Origin: an uncultured Myxococcales bacterium
GTDB lineage: Bacteria; Myxococcota_A; UBA9042; CAIXZC01
Length of the DNA stretch: 64,000 nt
Assembly (NCBI GenBank): GCA_964626565.1
Contig: CAZVFX010000011.1
Location: 15,922-79,921 of the forward strand
Direction: 5' to 3'
This document shows positions 34,521 through 44,123 of this stretch, one piece after another. The notes beneath the pieces were generated by a model, which had not been told where the DNA came from, ran no database searches, and saw only the letters and a list, made by a program, of their open reading frames with translations. Position numbers and translations under genes: made by a program. Within the stretch, counting starts at the first letter, position 1, and the number at the start of each line of letters is the position of its first letter.

Positions 34521-36155
34521 TCAGCGACTCAGCCGCGCATACGGTGCCGAGGCAAGGAATGCGTCACCGACGAGGTAGCCCGCGCCGCCGGCGGCCCAGC
34601 CTACCTTCGGGATACGATTACCGGCGCTGACACTCAACGCATCTACTGCGTCCAGCGAGAGGCTGTTTACCCCGAGAGCTTCGAGGCTTGCCAGTTCCCC
34701 TTCCTGGGACTTACCGTCGCTGTTCGCGTCCTTCCAAACCAGCAGGCGGTCGAAACCGGGGTCCCGGGGGGTGACGAAGCCGTCCATGTCTGCGTCCAGC
34801 GTGCTCAGGTGGTGGAAGCCGTCTGCGAAGGTGCGATCGACGTTTCCGAACAGCTCCAGGCCGTTGTCGATGCGGCCGTTGTGGTTGCGATCCAAAACGA
34901 TGAACCCGTCGTCGGGCGCTACCCAGGCCACCGCCTGCTCACCCGTGCCGTACAAGTCGAAATTGACTCCCCGGTGGATAGGCATCAGTTCCAGGCCGTC
35001 GCCGTCGAGGTCGATGACCAGCGGATCGGACACGTTGCACGGGATCACCTGGAACACCTTGACTGAAGCGACGCTGAACTCATCCTCGATACCCTTCTTG
35101 ATGGCTTTGACATAATCGATCTCCGCCAGGGCATACTGTTGCTTCCCTTCCAGGGTGGGCGCTTCGTAACCCTCGCACAGCGGCTGCTGCTGCGCCTTGA
35201 GTTCTATGGTCGCAAGTGCGTCAGCCTTGGCGGGGCCGAGCATGGACACGTCCGCGTTGCACACTACGATGGGCTGAGACATCACCGGGTAGTCAGCCGT
35301 ATAGCCGTTGGCCGCAAGCCAGGCGTTGAACTTCTGTGCGAAGTGCTGGCGACCGATGAGCTGCCCTTTCTCGAACGAGCTCTCTTTCGGCGTGGGTTTC
35401 GCGTTGCAGATCTCTTTCTGCTTCATGTCGAACTTCACTTTCACCCGCTCTTCTTCCACCCCGCTGATGGTGCCCTGCTCGTACCAGAAGTGCGCTTCTT
35501 CAAGGTGCGTCGAGGCCTGCACGTGCTCCGGCAGGTCGTACTGATCGATGATCTGAGTCAGCTCGGAATAGACCTCTACCTTGGCCACGTCCGCGAGGTA
35601 ATCGCAGGTGTCCCCCGAGGGCTCAAAACCGTTGTCGTAGTACTTGGCAAACGGGCAGGGCTCAGGCGGCTCCTCCAGGCCGGCGTATCCACCGGCGACC
35701 TCCTGCTCGTAGTCGAAGGCCAGCCCCTTGGTTTGCAGCGCGATGGATACCGACTCCAGATAGTGGAGGCGGCCCACGTCGAGACCAAAGTCGATGGAAT
35801 CCCTCATTACCTCGACCTTCTCGAGCTCCTGCGGGGTCAGATCATTGACCGTGATTCCAGCGGGTCCGGGAGGAGTCTTTCCTTCGGCCGGATCGGGCAG
35901 GACCACCTTGGCCGGAATCCCGTAGTCGTACCTGGCCGGCTCCGGGTTGACGAAGCTCTCTTCCGGGTCCACCACGGGAATCACCTCCGTCTGCTCCTCC
36001 CCCGGCTCAGCGACCGGTTCTCCCGGGTCCTCCCACGGATATGTAGCCTCCTGACAGTAAGCCCCGGTGCACTCGTCAGTTTCGACGTCGGCGCAACCTG
36101 ACATTAGCGCCAGGACCCCCACCACAGCGAGAATCAAGACCGTTGCGTGTTTCAT
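34521..36155 (-). CDS. Lipoprotein with C-terminal EF-hand/dockerin-like DxDxDG calcium-binding loops
   Basis: Start ATG 36153-36155 (MKHATVLILAVVGVLALMSGC, RBS GGAGGG); DLDGDGLE, DRNHNGRID, DADMDGFV and DANSDGK loops. Confidence 0.55.
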   Translation of the reverse strand: MKHATVLILAVVGVLALMSGCADVETDECTGAYCQEATYPWEDPGEPVAEPGEEQTEVIPVVDPEESFVNPEPARYDYGIPAKVVLPDPAEGKTPPGPAGITVNDLTPQELEKVEVMRDSIDFGLDVGRLHYLESVSIALQTKGLAFDYEQEVAGGYAGLEEPPEPCPFAKYYDNGFEPSGDTCDYLADVAKVEVYSELTQIIDQYDLPEHVQASTHLEEAHFWYEQGTISGVEEERVKVKFDMKQKEICNAKPTPKESSFEKGQLIGRQHFAQKFNAWLAANGYTADYPVMSQPIVVCNADVSMLGPAKADALATIELKAQQQPLCEGYEAPTLEGKQQYALAEIDYVKAIKKGIEDEFSVASVKVFQVIPCNVSDPLVIDLDGDGLELMPIHRGVNFDLYGTGEQAVAWVAPDDGFIVLDRNHNGRIDNGLELFGNVDRTFADGFHHLSTLDADMDGFVTPRDPGFDRLLVWKDANSDGKSQEGELASLEALGVNSLSLDAVDALSVSAGNRIPKVGWAAGGAGYLVGDAFLASAPYARLSR

Positions 36156-36230
36156 GCTGTCCCTCCTTCCGTTGAAAAGAACGTTCCCGGGAGCCGGGCT
36201 TCCCAAAAAGGCAGCCCTTCCCCATCTTCA

Positions 36231-36273
36231 ATTCTAACGGGCGGTCGATTACTGTCAAGCTTAAATCAACCGA
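36231..36273 (-). promoter_or_regulatory. Minus-strand promoter CTTGACA-N17-TAGAAT for the 34521..36155 gene, embedded in the palindrome CGGTCGATT-N14-AATCAACCG
   Basis: Plus-strand ATTCTA 36231-36236, TGTCAA 36254-36259, CGGTCGATT 36242-36250, AATCAACCG 36265-36273. A second copy CGGTTGATTTA lies at 36316-36326 upstream of the TetR gene. Confidence 0.5.
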
Positions 36274-36409
36274 CTGGCCGATATATTTATTTCTCGTCGA
36301 GGGCAACCTGCCGGGCGGTTGATTTATTGTGTTTTTGGTGTACACTGGCCCCAACGCGGTTCTCGGTATATTTCCATACTGCGGCCTGCGCAACAGGAGG
36401 TGAGGCAAG

Positions 36410-37051
36410 ATGAGTGCCGATAGGGAGAAGCGGTCGCCGGGGCGCCCGAAGGAACCGATAAAGCGAGAGACGCTGCTCGACATTGCGCGGGGGGCGTTTG
36501 CCCAGTCAGGATTCGCCGGCGCGAGTATGAACAACATTGCAACCGAGGCGGGGCTGAGAAAATCCTCCTTGTTCCACCACTTCGACAGCAAGAGCAAGCT
36601 GTACGGGGAGGTCGTGCTGAATATCGTGGCTGAGCTCGACAACATCATTCTAGACGCCGGCACCCTTCAGGGGAGCTACCGGGAGCGGCTCGACCGCCTT
36701 AACTCCACGGTGGTGGACTACCTGGGCAGCCATCCCTGGTCTGCGTTGCTGGTGTTACGTGAGGCCCTTGATGAACAGTTGTTCATGGAGGAGGAGGGCA
36801 TGGCCACGGTGGAGAGGGCGCTGGGCCGGCTGGCCGGTTTTCTGGCCGCGGGCATGAAGGACAATGTGTTTGCCAAGTCCGACCCGAGCCAGCTCGCGGT
36901 AAGTATCGTCGCTATCCACTTCCTGCACTTCGCTGCGTCGGGTGTCGTCACCCGTTTCTTGGGCGAGGAGGTATTTGACCCGGCCTCTCTCAGCAAGCGA
37001 AACGAGATCCTGTGCGCACAGGTTCGCCGCCTCTGCGGCCTTCCCGACTGA
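36410..37051 (+). CDS. TetR-family transcriptional regulator
   Basis: N-terminal HTH RPKEPIKRETLLDIARGAFAQSGFAGASMNNIATEAGLRKSSLFHHF; RBS AGGTGAGG. Confidence 0.85.
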   Translation: MSADREKRSPGRPKEPIKRETLLDIARGAFAQSGFAGASMNNIATEAGLRKSSLFHHFDSKSKLYGEVVLNIVAELDNIILDAGTLQGSYRERLDRLNSTVVDYLGSHPWSALLVLREALDEQLFMEEEGMATVERALGRLAGFLAAGMKDNVFAKSDPSQLAVSIVAIHFLHFAASGVVTRFLGEEVFDPASLSKRNEILCAQVRRLCGLPD

Positions 37052-37077
37052 TTTCTCCCCCCTCTTTCTACTTTCTT

Positions 37078-39459
37078 CTAGGGAATTATGTGTTCGGTGT
37101 AGTCGCCGTGGAACAGGACGTGCCCCGGTCCTTCGGCAGGGTATTCTATTGTCGGCTCGCCGAGGCCGATAATCACGTTATTCAGGGGCGTTCCTTCGAG
37201 GGCCGGCAGCGAGGATAGCGCGACTGAGGGAGTGCGGAAATTGCCTATCCGGTCGCTCCCTTTCTGGATGAGGTACCAGCCGATCTCCTCCACCATCGCT
37301 TCAAGCTCCTCGATCATGGGCGGCGGGGGATCGTCGTCGGGATCCGCGAAGAAGATAAGACCTTCGGCGTCGGGCAACAGCTCGAGCCCGTACTCGACGG
37401 CCCACCCCGGCTCTTTGGACACGATGATGGGCACGGTGCCTGCCAGCCAGAGCTGAGCCGCGCTGCCGTCATCGAAAGTGATCTTCACCCGCATGTCGCC
37501 CACGTGCATTACCGGCGGGTCGGCCATCACGGGCGGGTCTGCTGCTTCGATGCCCATGTCGGCCAAGGGCGGTAAGAACGCGTCCGCCTCCACAACCTCG
37601 ATAGAACTGAACGGCGGGCCCGACAGGTCGAAGCCAAGGTTCTCGAGTTCGTCCGGCGTAACCAGGATGTTGCTCATAGCCCCCGCCACCCACGCCTCCA
37701 CCAATACCTGGTTCAGCATATCGTCTGCGACTGCGAAGGCCACGTTGGTGAAGGTGGAGAGCTCCGGCTTCAATCCGTAGGAGATGGGCGCCCCCCTGGT
37801 AGGGTCAACGTTCGCAGCGCATTCAACGTGGGTGCCCAACGCCGCGTTCAAGCCTGCGTTGTCGACTGATATCGATGTGTACTTGTACGCCAGCTCCAGA
37901 CCCGCGGTCGGAAGGTCGCTCAGATCGATAAGATCCGTGATGCTGAGAGAGCTGAGGTAGGCGGCAAGGTGCTCCTCAAGGGAACCCACCAAGAGGTCGC
38001 CGCTGACCCCCGGGAGCTGCTGCTCCAGGTTCTGCTCGAATGCGGCCTGAATATCCGGAGGCAAGGCTCCGTCGTGCTCGACTGCGAACCCCTGTCCGGT
38101 GACGACCACGCCCTCCGCCTCCACCACCGCTTCGCCGTCCGGGCCGGCGGAGACCTGGATGCTACCTTCCATGGTGAGGGAGTCAAAGGTGAGCGTCCCG
38201 GTTGACTCCTGCATGGTCGCAGTCGCCTTGTAGTCGAAGCCCACGTCGGTAAGCAGGAGCGAGAAATAGAAGAAGCCCGGCTGCGCAGCCAGGTCCAGTA
38301 CCGAGGGCTGATTCAGCCAGAAATCCTCAAGCTCGAGGGTGACCGTTACCCCGGTTCCCGGAAGTAGTATTTCGTAAGATGACTCCACGTAGGAGCCCAG
38401 ATCCGTGTTGTCCACCACGGCCTGCAACATCCCTGCCGCATCGTCCGGCACGGGGGTATCGTTGTCGATGGTGTCGAGACCGAAGTGCAACAACACTCCG
38501 TCCGTCCGGGTTTCTCCGCAAGGGACTACCTCACCGTAGACGAACGAAGCCATGGCCGCGTCGGAAAGCCCTTCTTCCGTCTGGGCCTCCAGAAACACCG
38601 TCGTCATCCCGGGCAGAGGGTCCAGTTGGACGGCAAAGCTGCCGTCCGGAAACAACGGCTGCTGCTCACCGTTCGCGGTGAAACTCGCAAGCTGCACATC
38701 GGCCACCACCTTACCCGTGACGGTGACGGTCCCCAACTCCTCGACAAAGGTTCCGTGGGAAGGGTACTCGATGACGATCTTGGGGGCAGAGCTCTCTTCG
38801 CACTGCCCTTCCACACACGCCTCGTTCTCTCCGCAGCACACCCCGTCACACGCCGCGTACTCACACACACACAGCCCGCCTACACACTTGGTCCCTTCCC
38901 CGCACTCCTCGTCAACCTGGCAGCAGTTCGGATCGCAGCCACAATAGGCCTCGCACATGGGCGTCTCATCGCACTCACAGTCCAGGTCGTCGCAAACATC
39001 CCCCAGGCCATCGTCGTCGCTATCCTCCTGCTCAGGGTTGGAGTCCTCGGGGCAGTTGTCCTCGCCGTCGGGTATCCCATCGCCATCGCCGTCCGCGACG
39101 TCACCGTCGACTACGTCACCCTGGGTATCGCTGGACTTCACCAGACCGATAGAAACCGACAACGTCTGGCCGATCCCCACGATCACCACCTTGCCGTTAG
39201 CCTCGTAGCCGTCCCGGGAAACCGTAACGAAATGGGTGCCCGGTGCCACCTCAATCTGCCACGCTCCCGCCTGGTCGGTTATGGCCGATTGCCCGGTCTC
39301 CAGGGAAACAGTGGCGCCGTAAATCCGCACGTCGGTGTCCGGCTCCTCGTAAACCACTCCCTCCAGCGTACCGGTGTCAGCCTTCTCACTTCCACCGCCA
39401 GAACAGGCGCACAGGGCGACCGTTCCGACCAGAACCGCGAGCAGCAAAACATGTCTCAT
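37078..39459 (-). CDS. Large secreted lipoprotein (carboxypeptidase-regulatory-like domain, TSP3-type acidic Ca-binding stretch, Cys-rich module)
   Basis: VGTVALCACSGG lipobox; GDGDGIPDGEDNCPEDSNPEQEDSDDDGLGD; a Cys cluster; a long C-terminal region of unknown fold. Confidence 0.5.
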   Translation of the reverse strand: MRHVLLLAVLVGTVALCACSGGGSEKADTGTLEGVVYEEPDTDVRIYGATVSLETGQSAITDQAGAWQIEVAPGTHFVTVSRDGYEANGKVVIVGIGQTLSVSIGLVKSSDTQGDVVDGDVADGDGDGIPDGEDNCPEDSNPEQEDSDDDGLGDVCDDLDCECDETPMCEAYCGCDPNCCQVDEECGEGTKCVGGLCVCEYAACDGVCCGENEACVEGQCEESSAPKIVIEYPSHGTFVEELGTVTVTGKVVADVQLASFTANGEQQPLFPDGSFAVQLDPLPGMTTVFLEAQTEEGLSDAAMASFVYGEVVPCGETRTDGVLLHFGLDTIDNDTPVPDDAAGMLQAVVDNTDLGSYVESSYEILLPGTGVTVTLELEDFWLNQPSVLDLAAQPGFFYFSLLLTDVGFDYKATATMQESTGTLTFDSLTMEGSIQVSAGPDGEAVVEAEGVVVTGQGFAVEHDGALPPDIQAAFEQNLEQQLPGVSGDLLVGSLEEHLAAYLSSLSITDLIDLSDLPTAGLELAYKYTSISVDNAGLNAALGTHVECAANVDPTRGAPISYGLKPELSTFTNVAFAVADDMLNQVLVEAWVAGAMSNILVTPDELENLGFDLSGPPFSSIEVVEADAFLPPLADMGIEAADPPVMADPPVMHVGDMRVKITFDDGSAAQLWLAGTVPIIVSKEPGWAVEYGLELLPDAEGLIFFADPDDDPPPPMIEELEAMVEEIGWYLIQKGSDRIGNFRTPSVALSSLPALEGTPLNNVIIGLGEPTIEYPAEGPGHVLFHGDYTEHIIP

Positions 39460-39510
39460 TAGCCGTCACCTCCTCGTTGCCGGCTACGACAACCTGTTCC
39501 CCCATGCTCA

Positions 39511-39552
39511 ATTCTACCGCCCGCTAGAATTATGTCAAGGATAAATCGACCG
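39511..39552 (-). promoter_or_regulatory. Minus-strand promoter CTTGACA-N17-TAGAAT preceded by CGGTCGATTTA for the 37078..39459 gene
   Basis: Plus-strand ATTCTA 39511-39516, TGTCAA 39534-39539, AAATCGACCG 39543-39552. Confidence 0.5.
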
Positions 39553-39576
39553 CAGGGTTGACAATCTACCTTGCCG

Positions 39577-40920
39577 CTACCTGGCGCAGTGCCGCTCGCA
39601 TTCGAGCCGGGAGGGGTGAGCTATGTGCCGGCGTTCGGCGGAGGCCTTCTGCACATAGCCGTTCTTCAGGCAGTCGGCCACGCATTCATCGGTACGGGCT
39701 TCATCCTCCGAAGATACCGCTTCGGTCTCCACTCCGCTGCCCGAGGTAGTAGCAGGGCCTGAAGGCCGGTCGAGGTAACCCCAGAGGAACACACCGAGCG
39801 CCACGAGGGCAATGGCGAGAGCCACGGTGAGCAAATCGTACATGCGACGCCGCGAGACCCGCCGGTCCTGAGCCGGTTTCACTGCAACGGTTGGCTGCGC
39901 GTGCTCTCCCAGCCCGATTTGCAAGGTAGCATCGACCGCGCCCGGTGCGCTGAGTCGTGTAGGTTCTTCCGCGTCGCCTTCGCCGCCGCTCTCGCACCGG
40001 TCTTCGGTGTCCGGTGCGTCCCTGTCCAACCTCTCGATCTCCGGTTTGCGATCGGGAAGTCCCCCCATGGTCGCAAAGTGCCTGAGTACCTCGTCGGCGC
40101 TCACCGGGCGCCTTCCCGGGGCCTTATCCAGCATCCTGACGATGAGGTCTTCCAGGGAATCCGGAACCAACTCTGCCACGGGCGGGGGCAGGGGAGGAGG
40201 GGGCTGGTGCACCTGCATCATCACCATGGTGAGAGGGTCGTCTCCCTCAAACGGGGGGCGGCCGGCAAGCATTTCGTAGAGCATTATTCCTACCGAGTAG
40301 ATATCGGTAGCCGGCGAAACCGGATATCCCATCGCCTGCTCCGGCGCCACATACAGGGGCGTGCCGCAAACGAACCCGCGCTTGGTGAGGGTCTCCTTGA
40401 TACGCTCGGAGTCGAGGAACTTGGCGATTCCGAAATCGAGGACTTTCACGTAGTCCGGTTCCCCCATGATGTTGGCGAGGAAGACATTTTCCGGTTTCAG
40501 ATCTCTGTGAATGATCCCGTGCGCGTGAGCTTCTTTCAGCGACTTCAGGGTCTGGGTTACGATGTGCACCGTGGTCGCTGGAGAGAGCGCTCCTTCGTCA
40601 GCAATGCACTGGGCGAGGTTGCGCCCGGACAGGTGCTCCATGGCCAGGTAGAGTTGCCCGTCGTCCGAAGTGCCGTAGTCGAAAATGTGTATGGTGTTGG
40701 GGTGATTGAGTTTCGCGGATGCAGCCGCTTCCCGCTCGAATCGGTCCACGTTGTCGGGATCTTCGGCCACCTCCGGCGCCAGCACCTTGAGTGCGACCCG
40801 CTTCTCCATGGTGAGGTGAGTAGCGCGGTAAACACGGCCCATGCCGCCGCGGCCGATGAGCTTCTCCACACGATAGCGCCCGGCGAAGACTTTCCCGATC
40901 AGTTTTTCCTCGTCTGACAA
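39577..40920 (-). CDS. Eukaryotic-like Ser/Thr protein kinase with a C-terminal TM helix and a small Cys-containing extracytoplasmic tail
   Basis: GRGGMGRVY...ALK, HRDLKPENV and DFGIAK motifs; TM LTVALAIALVALGVFLWGY. Confidence 0.85.
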   Translation of the reverse strand: MSDEEKLIGKVFAGRYRVEKLIGRGGMGRVYRATHLTMEKRVALKVLAPEVAEDPDNVDRFEREAAASAKLNHPNTIHIFDYGTSDDGQLYLAMEHLSGRNLAQCIADEGALSPATTVHIVTQTLKSLKEAHAHGIIHRDLKPENVFLANIMGEPDYVKVLDFGIAKFLDSERIKETLTKRGFVCGTPLYVAPEQAMGYPVSPATDIYSVGIMLYEMLAGRPPFEGDDPLTMVMMQVHQPPPPLPPPVAELVPDSLEDLIVRMLDKAPGRRPVSADEVLRHFATMGGLPDRKPEIERLDRDAPDTEDRCESGGEGDAEEPTRLSAPGAVDATLQIGLGEHAQPTVAVKPAQDRRVSRRRMYDLLTVALAIALVALGVFLWGYLDRPSGPATTSGSGVETEAVSSEDEARTDECVADCLKNGYVQKASAERRHIAHPSRLECERHCAR

Positions 40921-41045
40921 GCCGCCTCCTATCCTCCAAAACTACCATAACGGCCGCCCCTCAGTCACCTGATTTCGTTGGTGGCGGTTGGCGCCTTCCC
41001 TTGGCCTGACCGAACTGCCTGTGATAGCATTTTCGTTAGCCGAGG

Positions 41046-44000
41046 TTGCCAGCGATGGCCGGGAGACGAGGAAAGAGAGTGGGCTCTGCAAACCATAGGC
41101 TCAGCCGTAGTGCCGCCGCTGCGACGGTCTCCGTTTTGGGACTGGCAGCGGCACTATTCTGGGCGCCCTACCCCACCGCTTTCGCACTGGCTCCGGAGCG
41201 TGACACCGGGCAATACGTGCACCGGGTCTGGCGCGCGTCGGAGCGCGGCTTGCCTTCCAACGTCGTGCAGACCGTGCTGCAAACCTCCGACGGCTACCTC
41301 TGGTTGGGAACCGAGAGCGGCCTGGTCCGTTTTGACGGCGTCGCTTTCGTGACCTTCGATACCGACAACACCGAACAGTTGCAGCACAATACCATCCAGT
41401 GCCTGTTCGAGGATCGCGACCGAAATCTGTGGATCGGAACCTGGGGCGGCGGGCTCACCCGCTACCGTGCCGGTACCTTCGTCACCTACACCACTGCCGA
41501 CGGCCTCGCCAACGATCTCATTCGCAACGTAGCCGAGGACCGGGAGGGGTCGATCTGGATCGGCACGTTCGGCGGTGGGGTAAGCCGCCTTAGAAACGGG
41601 GAGTTCACCACCTTCTCTACAGAAGACGGCCTGTCCTCAAACGAGGTCCGCACCTTGTTTGCCGACGGGGAGGGCGATCTTTGGATCGGTACCCGCGACG
41701 GCGGGCTGCAGGTCTACCGGGACGGCCGGTTCCAAACCTACGGGGTCGCCGACGGTCTTCCCAGCGACTACGTCACCTCTCTGTTCGAGGACCGTGAGGG
41801 GACCTTATGGATCGGCACCATCGGCGGCGGTTTGGTCGCGTTCAAGGACGGTAAATTCACCTCATACGGCAAGGAGGACGGGCTGGCAAGTGACCAGGTG
41901 AGTTCGGTGTACGAGGACCGTGACGGCAATCTGTGGGTTGGCACCAGGGGTGGAGGATTGAGTCGCCGCACCAACGGCCGGTTCACCTCGTTCACCACGG
42001 AGCACGGTCTTTCCAACGACTTGATTCGAGCCATTCTGGAGGATCGAGAAGGGAACCTGTGGGTGGGCACTTACGGCGGCGGGTTGAACCAGTTCAGCAA
42101 CGGGGCGGTGGTCACTTATACCACGGACGAAGGGCTGGCGGGCGACCTGGTCTGGCCCATTATCGAAGACCGGGAGGGTGCAGTGTGGCTGGGTACCTGG
42201 ACCGGACTCAGCCGCCTGAAAGACGGTAAGTTCACGACCTTCACGACGGATGACGGTCTTCCGAAGAATGCGGTTTTTGCTCTCGAGGAGGACCGCGACG
42301 GCGCCTTGTGGGTGGGCACCTTTGGCGGCGGATTGGCCCGATACCGCGACGGAGAATTCGAGACGTTCACCACCGAAGACGGTTTGGCCAACGATACGAT
42401 CCTGGCCGTCAAAGAAGACAGTGAGGGGGCCGTCTGGATAGGCAGCAACGGCGGTGGACTGACCAGTTATGCCAACAAGCGGTTCAAGGTGTTCACCACC
42501 GCTGACGGGCTGTCCAACGACATCATCTCCTGTATCCAGCAGGACCGGGAAGGTGCTCTCTGGATCGGCACCCGCACGGGCGGGTTGAATCGCCTGCAAG
42601 ACGGCGTCTTCACGGTTTTCGGGCCGGATCAGGGCCTTCCCAGTCAGGAAGTCAGAGCGATCCACGAGGATTCCGCCGGCTCACTGTGGATCGGCACGCG
42701 GGGCGGCCTTGCACGCATCGTAGACGGCCAACTAAGCGCGATCACTACTCGTCACGGACTCCCGGATCGCATCGTCTATTGGATTCTTGAAGACGACCGC
42801 GGCAACATGTGGATGAGTTCCGGCAAGGGCATCTGGCGGGTGAGTCTCGAGCAACTGAATGCAGTTGCGGATGGCTCCGTTCCTCGCCTGCAGCCGGTGC
42901 TGTACAGCGAGAGCGACGGCATGAAGAGCGCGGAGTGCAACGGCGGCGCCCAACCCGCCGGCTGGCGCACCCGCGAGGGCATCCTCTGGTTCCCAACCAG
43001 CCTCGGGGCGGCAGCCATCGACCCGGGACTTATTCACACTGCGGCGCTCCCGCCGCCGGTCTACCTCGAGTCGGTCATCGCGGACGATCGTGCCTGGAGC
43101 GATCAGTTGATTTCGGCTGCGCCCCTCGAATTGGGTCCGGGCCTGGAGCACCTCGAGATCCACTACACAGCCCTCAGCTTCACTGCACCGGAGAAGAACG
43201 AATTCAGGTACAAGCTGGAGGGATTCGACAGCGAATGGGTCGACGCAGGATCCCGCCGCGCCGCCTACTACACGAGCCTCCCGCCCGGCGAGTACACTTT
43301 CCGCGTCATGGCCAGCAACAACGTGGGCGTCTGGAACGAAACCGGGGCGTCCCTCTCTTTTTCGGTGGCCCCCTACTTCCACGAAACCTACCCATTTTAC
43401 GGTATCTTCGCCCTCACTGCGTTTATGCTTGGCGCAGGAGTCCTCTATCTCCGCATCAGGCGCATGCGCCGGCACCAGGAACAACTTGAAGCTCTGGTGG
43501 ATGCCCGCACCGGCGAGTTGGCCGAAGCCAACGCCCGGCTGCACAAGGCGATGAACCGCCTGGAGGACACCAACGAGCTACTCGAGGACACCAACCTGGA
43601 GTTGGCACGATTGGCGACCTCCGACGCCCTCACCGGAGTAGCCAACCGGCGCTCCTTCGACGACACCCTGGCCATGGAATGGAAGCGCCACGCCCGGTAC
43701 GGCCGCCCCCTGTCCCTGTTGATCCTCGATGTCGACCATTTCAAAGCCTACAACGACACCTACGGCCACCCGGGGGGAGACGCCTGCCTGCAGAAGGTTG
43801 CCGGGGCGCTGGCGCAGTGCGTGAATCGAAGCGAAGACCTGCTAGCCCGCTACGGGGGAGAGGAGTTTGCGGCCCTGCTACCCGAAACTCCCATCAAGGG
43901 CGCCCGGGCCCTGGCGGAAGCGATGTGCGCAGCCCTAACCGCGCTGAAACTCCCGCACAGCGCCTCCCCTACCGGGTCATACGTCACCGCCAGCATCGGC

Positions 44001-44123
44001 GTTGCCTGCCTGATTCCGGAAGCCGATTCAGTGAGCGGGACGTTGGTAGACGCGGCCGATGAAGCCCTCTATCGCGCCAAGGCTGAAGGCCGCAATTGTA
44101 TTCGGCAGTCAGGGGAAAACTAA
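41046..44123 (+). CDS. Sensor diguanylate cyclase: two-component-regulator beta-propeller repeats + Y_Y_Y + TM + GGDEF
   Basis: About 14 repeats of the LW[IV]GT...GGL... motif; TM FALTAFMLGAGVLYL; I-site RSED; active site RYGGEEF. Confidence 0.8.
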   Translation: MPAMAGRRGKRVGSANHRLSRSAAAATVSVLGLAAALFWAPYPTAFALAPERDTGQYVHRVWRASERGLPSNVVQTVLQTSDGYLWLGTESGLVRFDGVAFVTFDTDNTEQLQHNTIQCLFEDRDRNLWIGTWGGGLTRYRAGTFVTYTTADGLANDLIRNVAEDREGSIWIGTFGGGVSRLRNGEFTTFSTEDGLSSNEVRTLFADGEGDLWIGTRDGGLQVYRDGRFQTYGVADGLPSDYVTSLFEDREGTLWIGTIGGGLVAFKDGKFTSYGKEDGLASDQVSSVYEDRDGNLWVGTRGGGLSRRTNGRFTSFTTEHGLSNDLIRAILEDREGNLWVGTYGGGLNQFSNGAVVTYTTDEGLAGDLVWPIIEDREGAVWLGTWTGLSRLKDGKFTTFTTDDGLPKNAVFALEEDRDGALWVGTFGGGLARYRDGEFETFTTEDGLANDTILAVKEDSEGAVWIGSNGGGLTSYANKRFKVFTTADGLSNDIISCIQQDREGALWIGTRTGGLNRLQDGVFTVFGPDQGLPSQEVRAIHEDSAGSLWIGTRGGLARIVDGQLSAITTRHGLPDRIVYWILEDDRGNMWMSSGKGIWRVSLEQLNAVADGSVPRLQPVLYSESDGMKSAECNGGAQPAGWRTREGILWFPTSLGAAAIDPGLIHTAALPPPVYLESVIADDRAWSDQLISAAPLELGPGLEHLEIHYTALSFTAPEKNEFRYKLEGFDSEWVDAGSRRAAYYTSLPPGEYTFRVMASNNVGVWNETGASLSFSVAPYFHETYPFYGIFALTAFMLGAGVLYLRIRRMRRHQEQLEALVDARTGELAEANARLHKAMNRLEDTNELLEDTNLELARLATSDALTGVANRRSFDDTLAMEWKRHARYGRPLSLLILDVDHFKAYNDTYGHPGGDACLQKVAGALAQCVNRSEDLLARYGGEEFAALLPETPIKGARALAEAMCAALTALKLPHSASPTGSYVTASIGVACLIPEADSVSGTLVDAADEALYRAKAEGRNCIRQSGEN

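Noticed and set aside
41768-42665. Antisense ORFs within the GGDEF/beta-propeller gene
   Set aside because: The repetitive sense-strand propeller repeats generate long antisense open frames. There is no independent evidence for them.
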